Virus record (IMG/VR): IMGVR_UViG_3300025141_000020
Span: 1-64,000 of that record
Reading direction: 5' to 3' (one strand)
DNA: 64,000 nucleotides
Positions 17,200 through 26,028 of this stretch are shown piece by piece. Below the pieces are notes generated by a model. That model was not told the origin of the DNA. It ran no database searches and saw nothing but the letters and a program-made list of their open reading frames with translations. The position numbers and the translations under genes were made by a program. How positions within the stretch are numbered: the stretch's first letter is position 1; each line of letters starts with the position of its first letter.

Positions 17200-17835
17200 A
17201 TGAGTTATAACAGAAATAAATATAAAATTATACTATTTAAGAACGGTAAAAGAGTTAAATGCTTTTTCTCGTCCAATAGTTACAAAAGTATCTTAAGAAA
17301 ATATAGTAATATAATTAATGAAAAGAAACCTAAATTCGTAATAGAATATCTTTCTCGTAAAAAAGTTAGGTTTGAGTTGGGTGTCGTAACTACCGAATCT
17401 ACAGATGATAGTATATTTGTTAAAGACGAGTTGGGTAGGACCAAAGAGGTTACTATGGACAACACTGTATACAATATAGTTAAGTTATTGCCTTACTGGA
17501 AGGAAGAGTTGGTGTATGACCACACTTCTAAGTGTAAAATAACTTACCTGGAGTTTTTATCTCAATATCTTAATTATAAGGACTTTAAACAGGTATTCAC
17601 ATTAAATAACAAATTAATTGTACAAAATGAAGATGAGTTTAGTCTTTTTAGTTTAAAAACTGTTTCAGATGCTTTGCGTTTAATAGATATTATCGAGTTT
17701 GAGTTAATGGACGCTGGTAGAATGGACTGTCTGTTTGTTAGAGATACCAATACTGTGCAACGTAAACAACTATATGATTTGTTAGAACGTAAGGGTTATG
17801 ATAGAGGATTTCTTAGGAAACAATACACTTATTAA
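17200..17835 (+). CDS. Hypothetical protein (211 aa)
   Basis: Long ORF filling the gap between minus-strand genes. Confidence 0.75.
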   Translation: MSYNRNKYKIILFKNGKRVKCFFSSNSYKSILRKYSNIINEKKPKFVIEYLSRKKVRFELGVVTTESTDDSIFVKDELGRTKEVTMDNTVYNIVKLLPYWKEELVYDHTSKCKITYLEFLSQYLNYKDFKQVFTLNNKLIVQNEDEFSLFSLKTVSDALRLIDIIEFELMDAGRMDCLFVRDTNTVQRKQLYDLLERKGYDRGFLRKQYTY

Positions 17836-18081
17836 TTATTTTTTATAAAAAATAAATTCCGTATCACTTATGGTTATAGATATGGTGTCTTGGGTTCTGT
17901 CAACTCTTACCCTAACAAACTCCTCAATTTCCTTTAGCAGACCCGGATAATCTTTTTGATTAATACCAATTTTAATTATTGGAGTTGAGAATATTTTATT
18001 TTGTTTTAGCTGTTCTGCAATTTCTGCACAATCACCTAAAAACTTAAAAGATTCCTTAATTTCTTCATTAATTTCACCCAT
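17836..18081 (-). CDS. Hypothetical protein
   Basis: Operon-like tiling. Confidence 0.6.
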   Translation of the reverse strand: MGEINEEIKESFKFLGDCAEIAEQLKQNKIFSTPIIKIGINQKDYPGLLKEIEEFVRVRVDRTQDTISITISDTEFIFYKK

Positions 18082-18236
18082 AAACTAACATTTTTTTCTT
18101 TTTTTTCTGGTTTTTTTAGAATACCTTCTATGCCGCTTTTTTTAATCTGTGATATCAAAGCTTTTTTGTGAGCCATAAGTTTAAGTTCATCTTTATGAAT
18201 CTCCTTTTTTAACCAAAGTAGCGAGTTCTTCCCCAT
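18036..18236 (-). CDS. Basic hypothetical protein
   Basis: Operon-like tiling. Confidence 0.55.
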   Translation of the reverse strand: MGKNSLLWLKKEIHKDELKLMAHKKALISQIKKSGIEGILKKPEKKEKNVSLWVKLMKKLRNLLSF

Positions 18237-18621
18237 TTAATTCCAATTTATTATCAAAAGCTATATTTAGATTTCTAAGTGAATCTACATTATTCTCATT
18301 AAACACTTTTCTTAATTCCACCATTTTAATATTAAGTAATTCATTTTTTTCTTCCTGGTCCTTATTCCATTTTATGATAGCAAATATTTCATCACTTAAA
18401 ATTTTTGTCCCTCCAGCGTCAAAAGGAGCAAAAAATGAAACTAATTTAAATTTTTCATTACTTGTTCCAACTTTCATCTGTACTTTGCCACCCCTCTCAT
18501 TTAAGACCTCTTTGTCTTTCCATTGGATGGGTAGTTTTAAATCAATTACTACTAACCCTTCATGCATTCTAAGACTATTAAAATACTTGTTAAATTTACT
18601 TAGTTCTGTATATAATCCCAT
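18193..18621 (-). CDS. Hypothetical protein
   Basis: Operon-like tiling. Confidence 0.65.
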   Translation of the reverse strand: MGLYTELSKFNKYFNSLRMHEGLVVIDLKLPIQWKDKEVLNERGGKVQMKVGTSNEKFKLVSFFAPFDAGGTKILSDEIFAIIKWNKDQEEKNELLNIKMVELRKVFNENNVDSLRNLNIAFDNKLELNGEELATLVKKGDS

Positions 18622-18627
18622 TATTAC

Positions 18628-18807
18628 TTAATAAATTAAATATGTTAATATATAAGATAGTGACAATCCTAGTAACCACCTTTCTTCTTTATTTATAATA
18701 TATTCGGTTGGTTCTGGTGAAAATAGTTTAATACCAAAATTAAATACGCTTCTCAATACAACAAATATTGTGAATATAAATAAACATACGTAATACCAAC
18801 CAGTCAT
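18628..18807 (-). CDS. Small two-TM membrane protein (59 aa, not in ORF track)
   Basis: MTGWYYVCLFIFTIFVVLRSVFNFGIKLFSPEP...ERWLLGLSLSYILTYLIY. Confidence 0.65.
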   Translation of the reverse strand: MTGWYYVCLFIFTIFVVLRSVFNFGIKLFSPEPTEYIINKEERWLLGLSLSYILTYLIY

Positions 18808-18809
18808 AT

Positions 18810-18983
18810 TTAGTTTTTGTTTGTGTTTAGTACTTCTTTTCTTAAATCTTGTAGTACATTTTTCATCTCTTGTGCTCCTTTTCTAGTTCTTACACCAGCA
18901 CTTTTATTTCCTTTTTCAAAGAATTTAATACTATCTTCTTTTAGTGTAGCCATTAAATTTTCTAATTTTTCGATTAATTCCAT
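18810..18983 (-). CDS. Histone H1-like protein, Hc1 family (57 aa, not in ORF track)
   Basis: MELIEKLENLMATLKEDSIKFFEKGNKSAGVRTRKGAQEMKNVLQDLRKEV; KGNKxAGxRxRK is the Hc1 signature. Confidence 0.85.
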   Translation of the reverse strand: MELIEKLENLMATLKEDSIKFFEKGNKSAGVRTRKGAQEMKNVLQDLRKEVLNTNKN

Positions 18984-18990
18984 TTTAATT

Positions 18991-19194
18991 TTATTTTTCT
19001 TCTTCTTTATTTAAATACGATTCTAGAGTTTCTAGTGAGTTATTTGTGTTTGCTAATTTACTAATTAATTCTACCGACTGTTTGGTTATGTGGTTGGTTG
19101 AAAATGTTTTATCGTTAAGGGTTCTTTCTAACTCATTTTCTAATTTCATTTTATCTAATAAAAACTCGTTTCGTATTATATTTATTATTCTCAT
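18991..19194 (-). CDS. Coiled-coil hypothetical protein (start probably 19194)
   Basis: Class I promoter TTGACA-N17-TACACT at 19201-19229 immediately upstream. Confidence 0.6.
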   Translation of the reverse strand: MRIINIIRNEFLLDKMKLENELERTLNDKTFSTNHITKQSVELISKLANTNNSLETLESYLNKEEEK

Positions 19195-19211
19195 AATGTA
19201 AGTGTAATACA

Positions 19212-19691
19212 TTATTCATTAACTGTCAAGTTAGCATCTAATATATTGTATATGTCATTTAACATATCTAACTCTGATTCTGTTTTAAGGATATATAGTT
19301 TAAATAAAAGAATAAGAAAATTTTTTATAGGTAACAAATCACTCTTATTTTCTAACATATAAAAAGACTCGTAAAAGAAGTTCCAGAAGTACTCTTTATG
19401 TTCACCCTCTTCATTAAAGTTAATGTTCTCTAATTTAAAATCACTAATAACTTTAGACCAACACCACTCATAGTGTTCTCTTTTAACCATCTCTGTGTTA
19501 ACCACATCGTCCCCTAAATAAGTTTTATGGATGATATATCGTAGTGAGTCTACATAATCAAAAAATAACTCTATTTTTTCTGAATCTATATTATGCACTT
19601 TAACCCATAAGCCCATTTTTTCACGGCTTACTGGTTCAGAAATATACTCTCTAAATTCTTGTGGTGATTTTTTTTCTTTTCCCATATACAA
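19212..19691 (-). CDS. Hypothetical protein
   Basis: 159-aa ORF in the minus-strand run. Confidence 0.7.
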   Translation of the reverse strand: MYMGKEKKSPQEFREYISEPVSREKMGLWVKVHNIDSEKIELFFDYVDSLRYIIHKTYLGDDVVNTEMVKREHYEWCWSKVISDFKLENINFNEEGEHKEYFWNFFYESFYMLENKSDLLPIKNFLILLFKLYILKTESELDMLNDIYNILDANLTVNE

Positions 19692-19727
19692 AATAATAAT
19701 AATTGAATGGGTTGGTTGGTAAAGCGT

Positions 19728-21038
19728 CTATTGAGTCTTTTTACTATAAGACCACAATTTTTTCATATTACTAATCTCAGTATTAACACCTTCCTTAACT
19801 TGTTTTACTTTTTGTACATCGGGTGAATATCTTTTATCGTTACTCATAGCTCTTTGTTGAGCCTCTATTTTTTCTTTTTTACGATTAATTTTTTTCTTTA
19901 TTTTTTCACCTAACTCACTAGGTACTACATTGCCAAGAGGGGTACCATCTTTGTCCACTTGTGCATTACCTGTTTCAGATGAACCCTCTAAATAATCGGA
20001 CAATCTACCTATGTCTCCAACCCCATCAGCATCTTCTAGTCCCATACCTCTCCAATCATCAACAAACTCGTCTTGAGTCTCATCATTTCTATAATACTGG
20101 TATTGACCGTCAGCATTCTCTTTAGAGTGTTCAGCAAATGGGAATTTAGGGTCGTCATTGCCTTTAAAATCACCATAATCCTTAAATTTCTTTTCAAAGT
20201 CTTTGTGGTAAGCTTTAGTCTCTTTAGTGGACTCCTTACGTGACTTTTCAAATTTTTCGTATCCTGGTATACTAACATTTTTAGCTTCATTAAGTTTCTT
20301 TCTTACCAATTTTTTAATTGTATTTGTTGTACTTTCGTTAACACTAACCTCTTCATCTTTACTTAATGGTGCTACAAAAGCTCCTGCCATTCCTGATGTA
20401 GTTGCTTCCTCTACTTCTTCCTCACTCTTTTCTTCTGAATCACCAATTATTTGGCTCTTCTCTAATAATTTCATAACTTGTGTGAAGGGTTTTCTAAGTT
20501 CTGTCCTATCATTAAATAATTCTGGTAACTCTTTAAGTGCCTGGTCCAAAGCAGTGCCCCTCAGACTCCCGGCTCTAACAAGTTTCTCAATTTTTTGTAA
20601 ATTTTTTAACAGTTCATTGCTTTTTGCGTCTTGGTTTATTTTCTTTTTAAGTCTCTCATAAAGGCTTTTTAAACGTTTTTCTACATTGTAGTAATTACTT
20701 TTTGCAGAGTTTAACATAGTTGTTTGTTCACCCATTTCTTGTCGTTTAGTGAATTTAGCTAGTGAGACAGAACCTCCTTGGCTAGATATAAATCCTGAAC
20801 CACCACCAATAGCTTTTACTTGTTCTTTAACAATACTATTTATATTGTTCTCTAGGACCATTTTTTCAGCCATATCTGTAGCTGCATCCTCTAAAGCTTC
20901 TTCAATTACAATAGTATCTTTATTTGTTAATGTAAGACCTTCATTATCTCTAGCTAATGCATGGTTTTCACCAATTCTGTTAACTGCTCTTTCAATAATT
21001 TTACTTAGTTCTTCACTTGTTGCTAATATATCTGACAT
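19728..21038 (-). CDS. Putative prohead core / internal head protein
   Basis: E/K-rich, many (L/I/V)xE sites, EEATTS motif, TATTTATA at 21050. Function inferred. Confidence 0.5.
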   Translation of the reverse strand: MSDILATSEELSKIIERAVNRIGENHALARDNEGLTLTNKDTIVIEEALEDAATDMAEKMVLENNINSIVKEQVKAIGGGSGFISSQGGSVSLAKFTKRQEMGEQTTMLNSAKSNYYNVEKRLKSLYERLKKKINQDAKSNELLKNLQKIEKLVRAGSLRGTALDQALKELPELFNDRTELRKPFTQVMKLLEKSQIIGDSEEKSEEEVEEATTSGMAGAFVAPLSKDEEVSVNESTTNTIKKLVRKKLNEAKNVSIPGYEKFEKSRKESTKETKAYHKDFEKKFKDYGDFKGNDDPKFPFAEHSKENADGQYQYYRNDETQDEFVDDWRGMGLEDADGVGDIGRLSDYLEGSSETGNAQVDKDGTPLGNVVPSELGEKIKKKINRKKEKIEAQQRAMSNDKRYSPDVQKVKQVKEGVNTEISNMKKLWSYSKKTQ

Positions 21039-21062
21039 AATCTTTTTATTATAAATATCTTA

Positions 21063-21671
21063 TTATTCGTATTTAGGTTTATTTCCCCCCATAGAATATA
21101 TTTTACCTATCGGAGTGTCCATTTTACCTACACCGACAATCCCAGCTTCTGGGTCTGTAACTGGTGACTTATAGAAACCTCGTTTAATTAGTTCCTCTAT
21201 TTCTTTCTTTACCAATTCTTTTATATATTCTTTATTTTTTCCTGTTTTTTTAGAAACAGTATCAATAGCTTCTTTAATTTTTATAGTTTCTGTTAACTCT
21301 AAAGCATTAATGTCTCCTTGGTTACAGTATGGGAATGTGGAACATTTCTTTTTTACTTTAACAAATTTTCCTCCTGGCCATTGTGTTTTTGAGGCTCCCC
21401 TCCAGTCTTTTTCACTTTTTGCCCATATTTTTGGTGTGGAGTAGGCTCCGGATGAAGAGGCAGTAGTAGCTTCCTCTACTTCTCCTTCTTGTGTCACTCC
21501 TAACCATTCTTCGTGTGATTGGTCTTGGTGTGCTTCGTCACAAGTTTTACCTGGATGGTCTTCGTCCTCCCGTATTTTACTTTTTGTTTTACGTAATCTA
21601 TCAAATTCCATTTTTAAGGGTCCTTGTGTTGCTTTTTTTAAATTACTATCAAAATTAGCTTTTATTCCCAT
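21063..21671 (-). CDS. Putative prohead core / internal head protein (start probably 21671)
   Basis: EEATTASSSGAYSTPK motif; KKCSTFPYCNQG; TAATG coupling to the upstream ORF. Confidence 0.5.
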   Translation of the reverse strand: MGIKANFDSNLKKATQGPLKMEFDRLRKTKSKIREDEDHPGKTCDEAHQDQSHEEWLGVTQEGEVEEATTASSSGAYSTPKIWAKSEKDWRGASKTQWPGGKFVKVKKKCSTFPYCNQGDINALELTETIKIKEAIDTVSKKTGKNKEYIKELVKKEIEELIKRGFYKSPVTDPEAGIVGVGKMDTPIGKIYSMGGNKPKYE

Positions 21672-21913
21672 TATCTTACTCTTTTTAATTCTGATTGCCA
21701 CATACCACGTCTAAACCAGAATGTTTTATAAAGTTCTAAAGTAACTTTACTTATAATGTCCACAATCTCACTTCTAGTCTTTCTTCCATTTTTTATCTGT
21801 AAATCAATTAATTTTTCAATCTCATTTTTAAATTGTGGTTTAGTAATAAAATCTTTTATCTCTTTTCGAGCTATTACTCCAATTTCTTTTTTATCTGTAT
21901 TAGTTAATGCCAT
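21671..21913 (-). CDS. Late hypothetical protein
   Basis: TATTTATA 4 nt before the ATG. Confidence 0.65.
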   Translation of the reverse strand: MALTNTDKKEIGVIARKEIKDFITKPQFKNEIEKLIDLQIKNGRKTRSEIVDIISKVTLELYKTFWFRRGMWQSELKRVR

Positions 21914-21925
21914 TACTTATAAATA

Positions 21926-22300
21926 TTAGTTAACATTCGATACTACCCATGATGCGGTAACAATTGTTGCTGCACCTAAAAAGAAGTGAATTACGGGTTT
22001 ATTATACCATTTTGGTCTTAATTCTTTTGTTAAATCCATATATAAATCTATTCTCTGGTTTAATAGGTCTGTCTTCTCACCCATAAAAGCTATATGTAAA
22101 CTATCTTGTATATGTAACGTCTTATAATTTGTAATTTGTGTATTTAATAAATTAATCTCTATTTTCTGTAAACTATCATTCTGTTCATACACTTGAAATA
22201 GTGAGTCCATTTCAACCACTTCTTTTTCAGTAAAAGTGTGTGTTTGACTAAAAACCCATACTGGGGTAAGCAACCATAATATTAATACTAGTTTTTTCAT
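21926..22300 (-). CDS. Secreted coiled-coil protein with a C-terminal hydrophobic helix (spanin-like; start probably 22300)
   Basis: Signal peptide MKKLVLILWLLTPVWVFSQ; coiled coil; C-terminus PKWYNKPVIHFFLGAATIVTASWVV. Confidence 0.55.
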   Translation of the reverse strand: MKKLVLILWLLTPVWVFSQTHTFTEKEVVEMDSLFQVYEQNDSLQKIEINLLNTQITNYKTLHIQDSLHIAFMGEKTDLLNQRIDLYMDLTKELRPKWYNKPVIHFFLGAATIVTASWVVSNVN

Positions 22301-22304
22301 ATTC

Positions 22305-23243
22305 CTATGTTCTCCATTTTCTATTTCCACAGCATTCGCTTGCGGCAACAGCAATATTTCCTCCTCCTTTGATGCCGAGCTTTTTTGCGTCTGCATCAGA
22401 TATTTCAAGGTTTTTATGGTACTCCACCGCTTCACCATCAGGGAAAACAAGTACTCCTCCACCCTCATCATAATATGGTCCTGCCGAGTTACCTTGGTCG
22501 GAGATACAAATTACTAACCCTCCTTTTTCCCAGTCGTAAGGAATCCACTTCATACAACCATCCTTAAACCAATCTGGTTTCTTTGTTCCTGGATTATCTT
22601 CAATCCTCATACAATCTACAAACATTTGCCATCTATTAACATCACCTAGTCCGATAACATATTTAAGACAAGCTTTAATCCTATCACAATCATTTCCGGA
22701 TTCTGCTGGAATGTCTATATCGATAAACCAATCGTCACCATCTATCTCTATACTATCTCCACCATCATCAGTCCCTTGTTGTTGTTTACAATTACATTCT
22801 CTCTGACATAAAATATACGCTGCTGAATCTTTAGGGCTTGCGCTACCGTAACAATACCCACAAAGTGAATTAAGGGTATTCCATCCAACTTTTCCGTCTA
22901 CACTTAACTGTCCAGCATCTCTTTGGAATTCTTCTACTGCTTTCTTTGTTTCTTTTTCAAATTTACCGTCACAATTAGTCCAGTTTTCTATACATCCTTC
23001 GTTTATTCCACCACCTTGTTTTGTTGGGTTATACGGTCCCATCTCCCCACATCCTTTTGCTAAAAGATGTTGTATCATTTTAACCACATCACCTCTAGAC
23101 CCTCTTTTAGCTACCTTTATCTTACACCATATATCACATGGGACATCACCTTCCCTAATTCTCCCACCACTATATTGTTCAGATATAACTTGTGAAATTA
23201 TTTCAGTTAATTGTGATTCAGTTAATTTAATTTTTTTCATCAT
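22305..23243 (-). CDS. Cys-rich peptidoglycan-binding-domain protein with a capsid-targeting-like leader
   Basis: RGSRGDVVKMIQHLL...DGKFEKETKKAVEEFQ...LSVDGKVGWNTL (PG_binding_1); leader MKKIKLTESQLTEIISQVISEQ. Confidence 0.75.
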   Translation of the reverse strand: MMKKIKLTESQLTEIISQVISEQYSGGRIREGDVPCDIWCKIKVAKRGSRGDVVKMIQHLLAKGCGEMGPYNPTKQGGGINEGCIENWTNCDGKFEKETKKAVEEFQRDAGQLSVDGKVGWNTLNSLCGYCYGSASPKDSAAYILCQRECNCKQQQGTDDGGDSIEIDGDDWFIDIDIPAESGNDCDRIKACLKYVIGLGDVNRWQMFVDCMRIEDNPGTKKPDWFKDGCMKWIPYDWEKGGLVICISDQGNSAGPYYDEGGGVLVFPDGEAVEYHKNLEISDADAKKLGIKGGGNIAVAASECCGNRKWRT

Positions 23244-23560
23244 TAGTTACGTTTTTTAAGTCTATTTTTTAATGAATTAGCTGCCTGTTTTCCATTCTTC
23301 TTTTTTACTTTAGGTTTTTTCTTTTTTATATTTTTTAAATCCTGGTTGGTCTTGGTTATTTTTTTCTTAGTGTCTTTCTTTTTCTTTTTTACGTTTTCTA
23401 TTTTCTTGTCAACTTCTTTTGTTTTCTTTTCATTAGATTTAATATTCTTTTTAATCTTTTTAACTTTTTTACTACTATTTGTATTCATCATCCACACAAG
23501 GCCTATAAAGAACCCTATAACCCCTAATACCCATTTCCACGATTTTCTTAAAAATTCCAT
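23243..23560 (-). CDS. N-terminal TM + lysine-rich coiled coil (i-spanin-like)
   Basis: WKWVLGVIGFFIGLVWMM followed by a K-rich helix. Confidence 0.5.
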   Translation of the reverse strand: MEFLRKSWKWVLGVIGFFIGLVWMMNTNSSKKVKKIKKNIKSNEKKTKEVDKKIENVKKKKKDTKKKITKTNQDLKNIKKKKPKVKKKNGKQAANSLKNRLKKRN

Positions 23561-23562
23561 AT

Positions 23563-24126
23563 CTATTGTTCTTCTGATTTTTCTTCGTCAGCGAATCTCT
23601 TAGTTGACTTTCTATTAGCTAAAACATTTGCCCATTTAGTTGTGAAAATTTTATAGTAAGCTTTTAAACTATTTAACATTTCTACAAGTTCGTCATCTAA
23701 TTTCATCATCTTGCCACTTAGATAAACACCATTTTCTTCTCCAACAGCATAAAAGAAGTCCACATCAAACTTAACCAATTTACCGGACCACTCTACAGTA
23801 TTGTCGTATATATTTAATCTGTTAAAATCTACTAGGTCAGATACTTGGTCTATAAAATCGTCCATTGTCTCTTGGTAGTTTCCTTGTTCTTCACTAGTTA
23901 GTTCTAAATCTTGTTTGTCGTAAGCGTGAACCACAACTTTACCGTTTGAAACGCTATATTCTTTTGTCTGTTCTTTGTCTCTTTCTAGAGGTTCTATCTC
24001 AGTTTCTGTCTCTACCTCTACTTGTTCAAATAAGCTTCTAGATAGGTCTAAAAGTGATTTCATTTCATCATACCTAACATTATTGTACTCATTAGTGTCT
24101 TTTGTTTTCATTGTTCTTTTTTTCAT
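23563..24126 (-). CDS. Hypothetical protein
   Basis: 187-aa ORF in the late operon. Confidence 0.7.
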   Translation of the reverse strand: MKKRTMKTKDTNEYNNVRYDEMKSLLDLSRSLFEQVEVETETEIEPLERDKEQTKEYSVSNGKVVVHAYDKQDLELTSEEQGNYQETMDDFIDQVSDLVDFNRLNIYDNTVEWSGKLVKFDVDFFYAVGEENGVYLSGKMMKLDDELVEMLNSLKAYYKIFTTKWANVLANRKSTKRFADEEKSEEQ

Positions 24127-24716
24127 AGTAATTCAAAATTAAACGAGGGATTAACATCTCTCCAATATTCATTATAGTTACTTCTACATACCACACCATT
24201 AAAATTTTCAACACCGTCAACTATAACATTATGGCCTATAAATTCAAAAGGTATGGTATATTCTTCACATATTTTTTTTATTAACTCTAAAACCCCCTTT
24301 AATTGTTTTTCACTATAGGTGTCCCAAAATATTCTACCTCTCCACTTTTTTTCATAGACCTTGTTATTATAAATATCCCCTAACCAGGTAACATACTTGC
24401 CATCCTGGTGTCTTCTTTTAAGCCAGCCCATATTTTCTAAACATATAACAACAACTTTATTATTATCATCGTGATATCCTGTTAAAAAGTGTTGGGTCAC
24501 ATCACCTTGTGTTAGGTGGTGTACTTTACCACTTTTTTCAATTAGATAATTAGGTATTTTTTTATAGTTCCCATCTTTACGCACTTTTATTGTTTTTAAA
24601 AAATCTATAGCACTTCTATTGCTATTACATAAAAGTACTTGTTTATACTCTCCTTGTAGTGTATTTAAGTGTGGTTTTACTATTGTCGTTGGTTTCATTA
24701 TTTTCAGTGTCTTCAT
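24123..24716 (-). CDS. N-acetylmuramoyl-L-alanine amidase (Amidase_2)-like protein, catalytic site degenerate
   Basis: NYLIEKSGKV, VICLENMG, YSEKQL..L...IC..Y.IP, IGH, DVNPSF pattern; the first Zn motif HHT appears as CNS. Confidence 0.65.
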   Translation of the reverse strand: MKTLKIMKPTTIVKPHLNTLQGEYKQVLLCNSNRSAIDFLKTIKVRKDGNYKKIPNYLIEKSGKVHHLTQGDVTQHFLTGYHDDNNKVVVICLENMGWLKRRHQDGKYVTWLGDIYNNKVYEKKWRGRIFWDTYSEKQLKGVLELIKKICEEYTIPFEFIGHNVIVDGVENFNGVVCRSNYNEYWRDVNPSFNFELL

Positions 24717-26007
24717 TTATCTTACTAGCTAAAGTTTGTGTGGTATCTGTTAATCTATCTAATGGTATATTATCTTCCTTATATTCAATATTAAGTACTT
24801 TAGCTAATTTTTCAAGTTCTTTATCGGTTGGGTTTATAGGTTTTTCTTCTAATTTGTTTTCGTTTCTACCAACCTCTTTACTTAACTCTTCTAATTCTTT
24901 TTCATTTAAGTCGTCTTCTGATTTAATTACTCGGGACTCTTCTTCAATTATTTCTTGTGGATAATGTTTTTCTACAAATTGTGGGTAGGTTAAATTCTCT
25001 ATATCTTCTTCTCTAGTATATTTTATATATCCTTCTAAATCAGTAAAGTAATCTTCATCAATTTCTTTTACTCTTTGTTTAGGTGATTCAGATGGTTCAG
25101 TTATATTATCTTCTTCTCTTAAACCTACTGGTGGTTCCATTTCTATTATTTTTTCTAGATGTTTATTTCTGGATGCAAAATAATCTTCTTCTGGGTCTTT
25201 ACGTTTAGGTGTTATCTGTGCGAATGCCATATTGGCTGCTACAACTAATGCAATTGCTAATGGGTCAAACACAAATATAATTAATAATAAAAACCAATTA
25301 ACAACAGTATCCATATCTTTACCTGTTGTACTAGCTAAATATTTAAGTGGGCCTAACTCTCTTTCATCTTCATTAGATATTTCTTTCTCCAATAAAGCCA
25401 TATCTGTTTTACCAATTGAATCTAATACAGCTTCTAACTTTAGATTTATCTTATCTCTGTCTGCAATTGTAGTTTTTAATTCTGCTTGTAATGCTCTTCT
25501 TGCTGAACTAGATGTTGATGTGATTACTGTTTGAGAATTTTTATCAAACCATGATACTTGTTGTGGATTAGATAATGATATTCGTAAATCTGAAATTGAT
25601 TTGTTTATTTGAGTTTTCTCAAGTGTTAGGTCTTCTTTCGTTTCTTGGAACCTAATTTGTTTTTGGTCTAATATAGCTAATGATTTGTCTAATAATTCAG
25701 ATTGAGTTGCAGTTGATTGATATGCTCCAGATAAGAATCCGTATATACCCCCACTAGTAATTACCATTAAAACAAAACAGGCTATCATTAGATAGCCTTT
25801 TAATACTTTATTTATAGTATCCCAGTACTGGTATAATAATGATGCAACAACTAATTTAGCGAATTCAAGTGAAGCTGCCATTATAATAACTTGGGTGCTT
25901 GCTCCAGCGAATAGTTTGCTTAATCCGAATACTGAGTAGAAAGCTGCGGACCCAGCCACAGATAATGCTGCCAACGCAACAATAAAAGGAAATAATCTTT
26001 TTTTCAT
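24643..26007 (-). CDS. Multi-TM membrane protein with a coiled coil and acidic tail
   Basis: Three N-terminal TM helices (SAAFYSVFGL, LEFAKLVVAS, ITSGGIYGFLS), coiled coil, GPLKY, TM WFLLLIIFVFDPLAIALVVA; TATTTATA at 26021. Confidence 0.75.
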   Translation of the reverse strand: MKKRLFPFIVALAALSVAGSAAFYSVFGLSKLFAGASTQVIIMAASLEFAKLVVASLLYQYWDTINKVLKGYLMIACFVLMVITSGGIYGFLSGAYQSTATQSELLDKSLAILDQKQIRFQETKEDLTLEKTQINKSISDLRISLSNPQQVSWFDKNSQTVITSTSSSARRALQAELKTTIADRDKINLKLEAVLDSIGKTDMALLEKEISNEDERELGPLKYLASTTGKDMDTVVNWFLLLIIFVFDPLAIALVVAANMAFAQITPKRKDPEEDYFASRNKHLEKIIEMEPPVGLREEDNITEPSESPKQRVKEIDEDYFTDLEGYIKYTREEDIENLTYPQFVEKHYPQEIIEEESRVIKSEDDLNEKELEELSKEVGRNENKLEEKPINPTDKELEKLAKVLNIEYKEDNIPLDRLTDTTQTLASKINEDTENNETNDNSKTTLKYTTRRV

Positions 26008-26028
26008 AGAATCTTTATTCTATAAATA

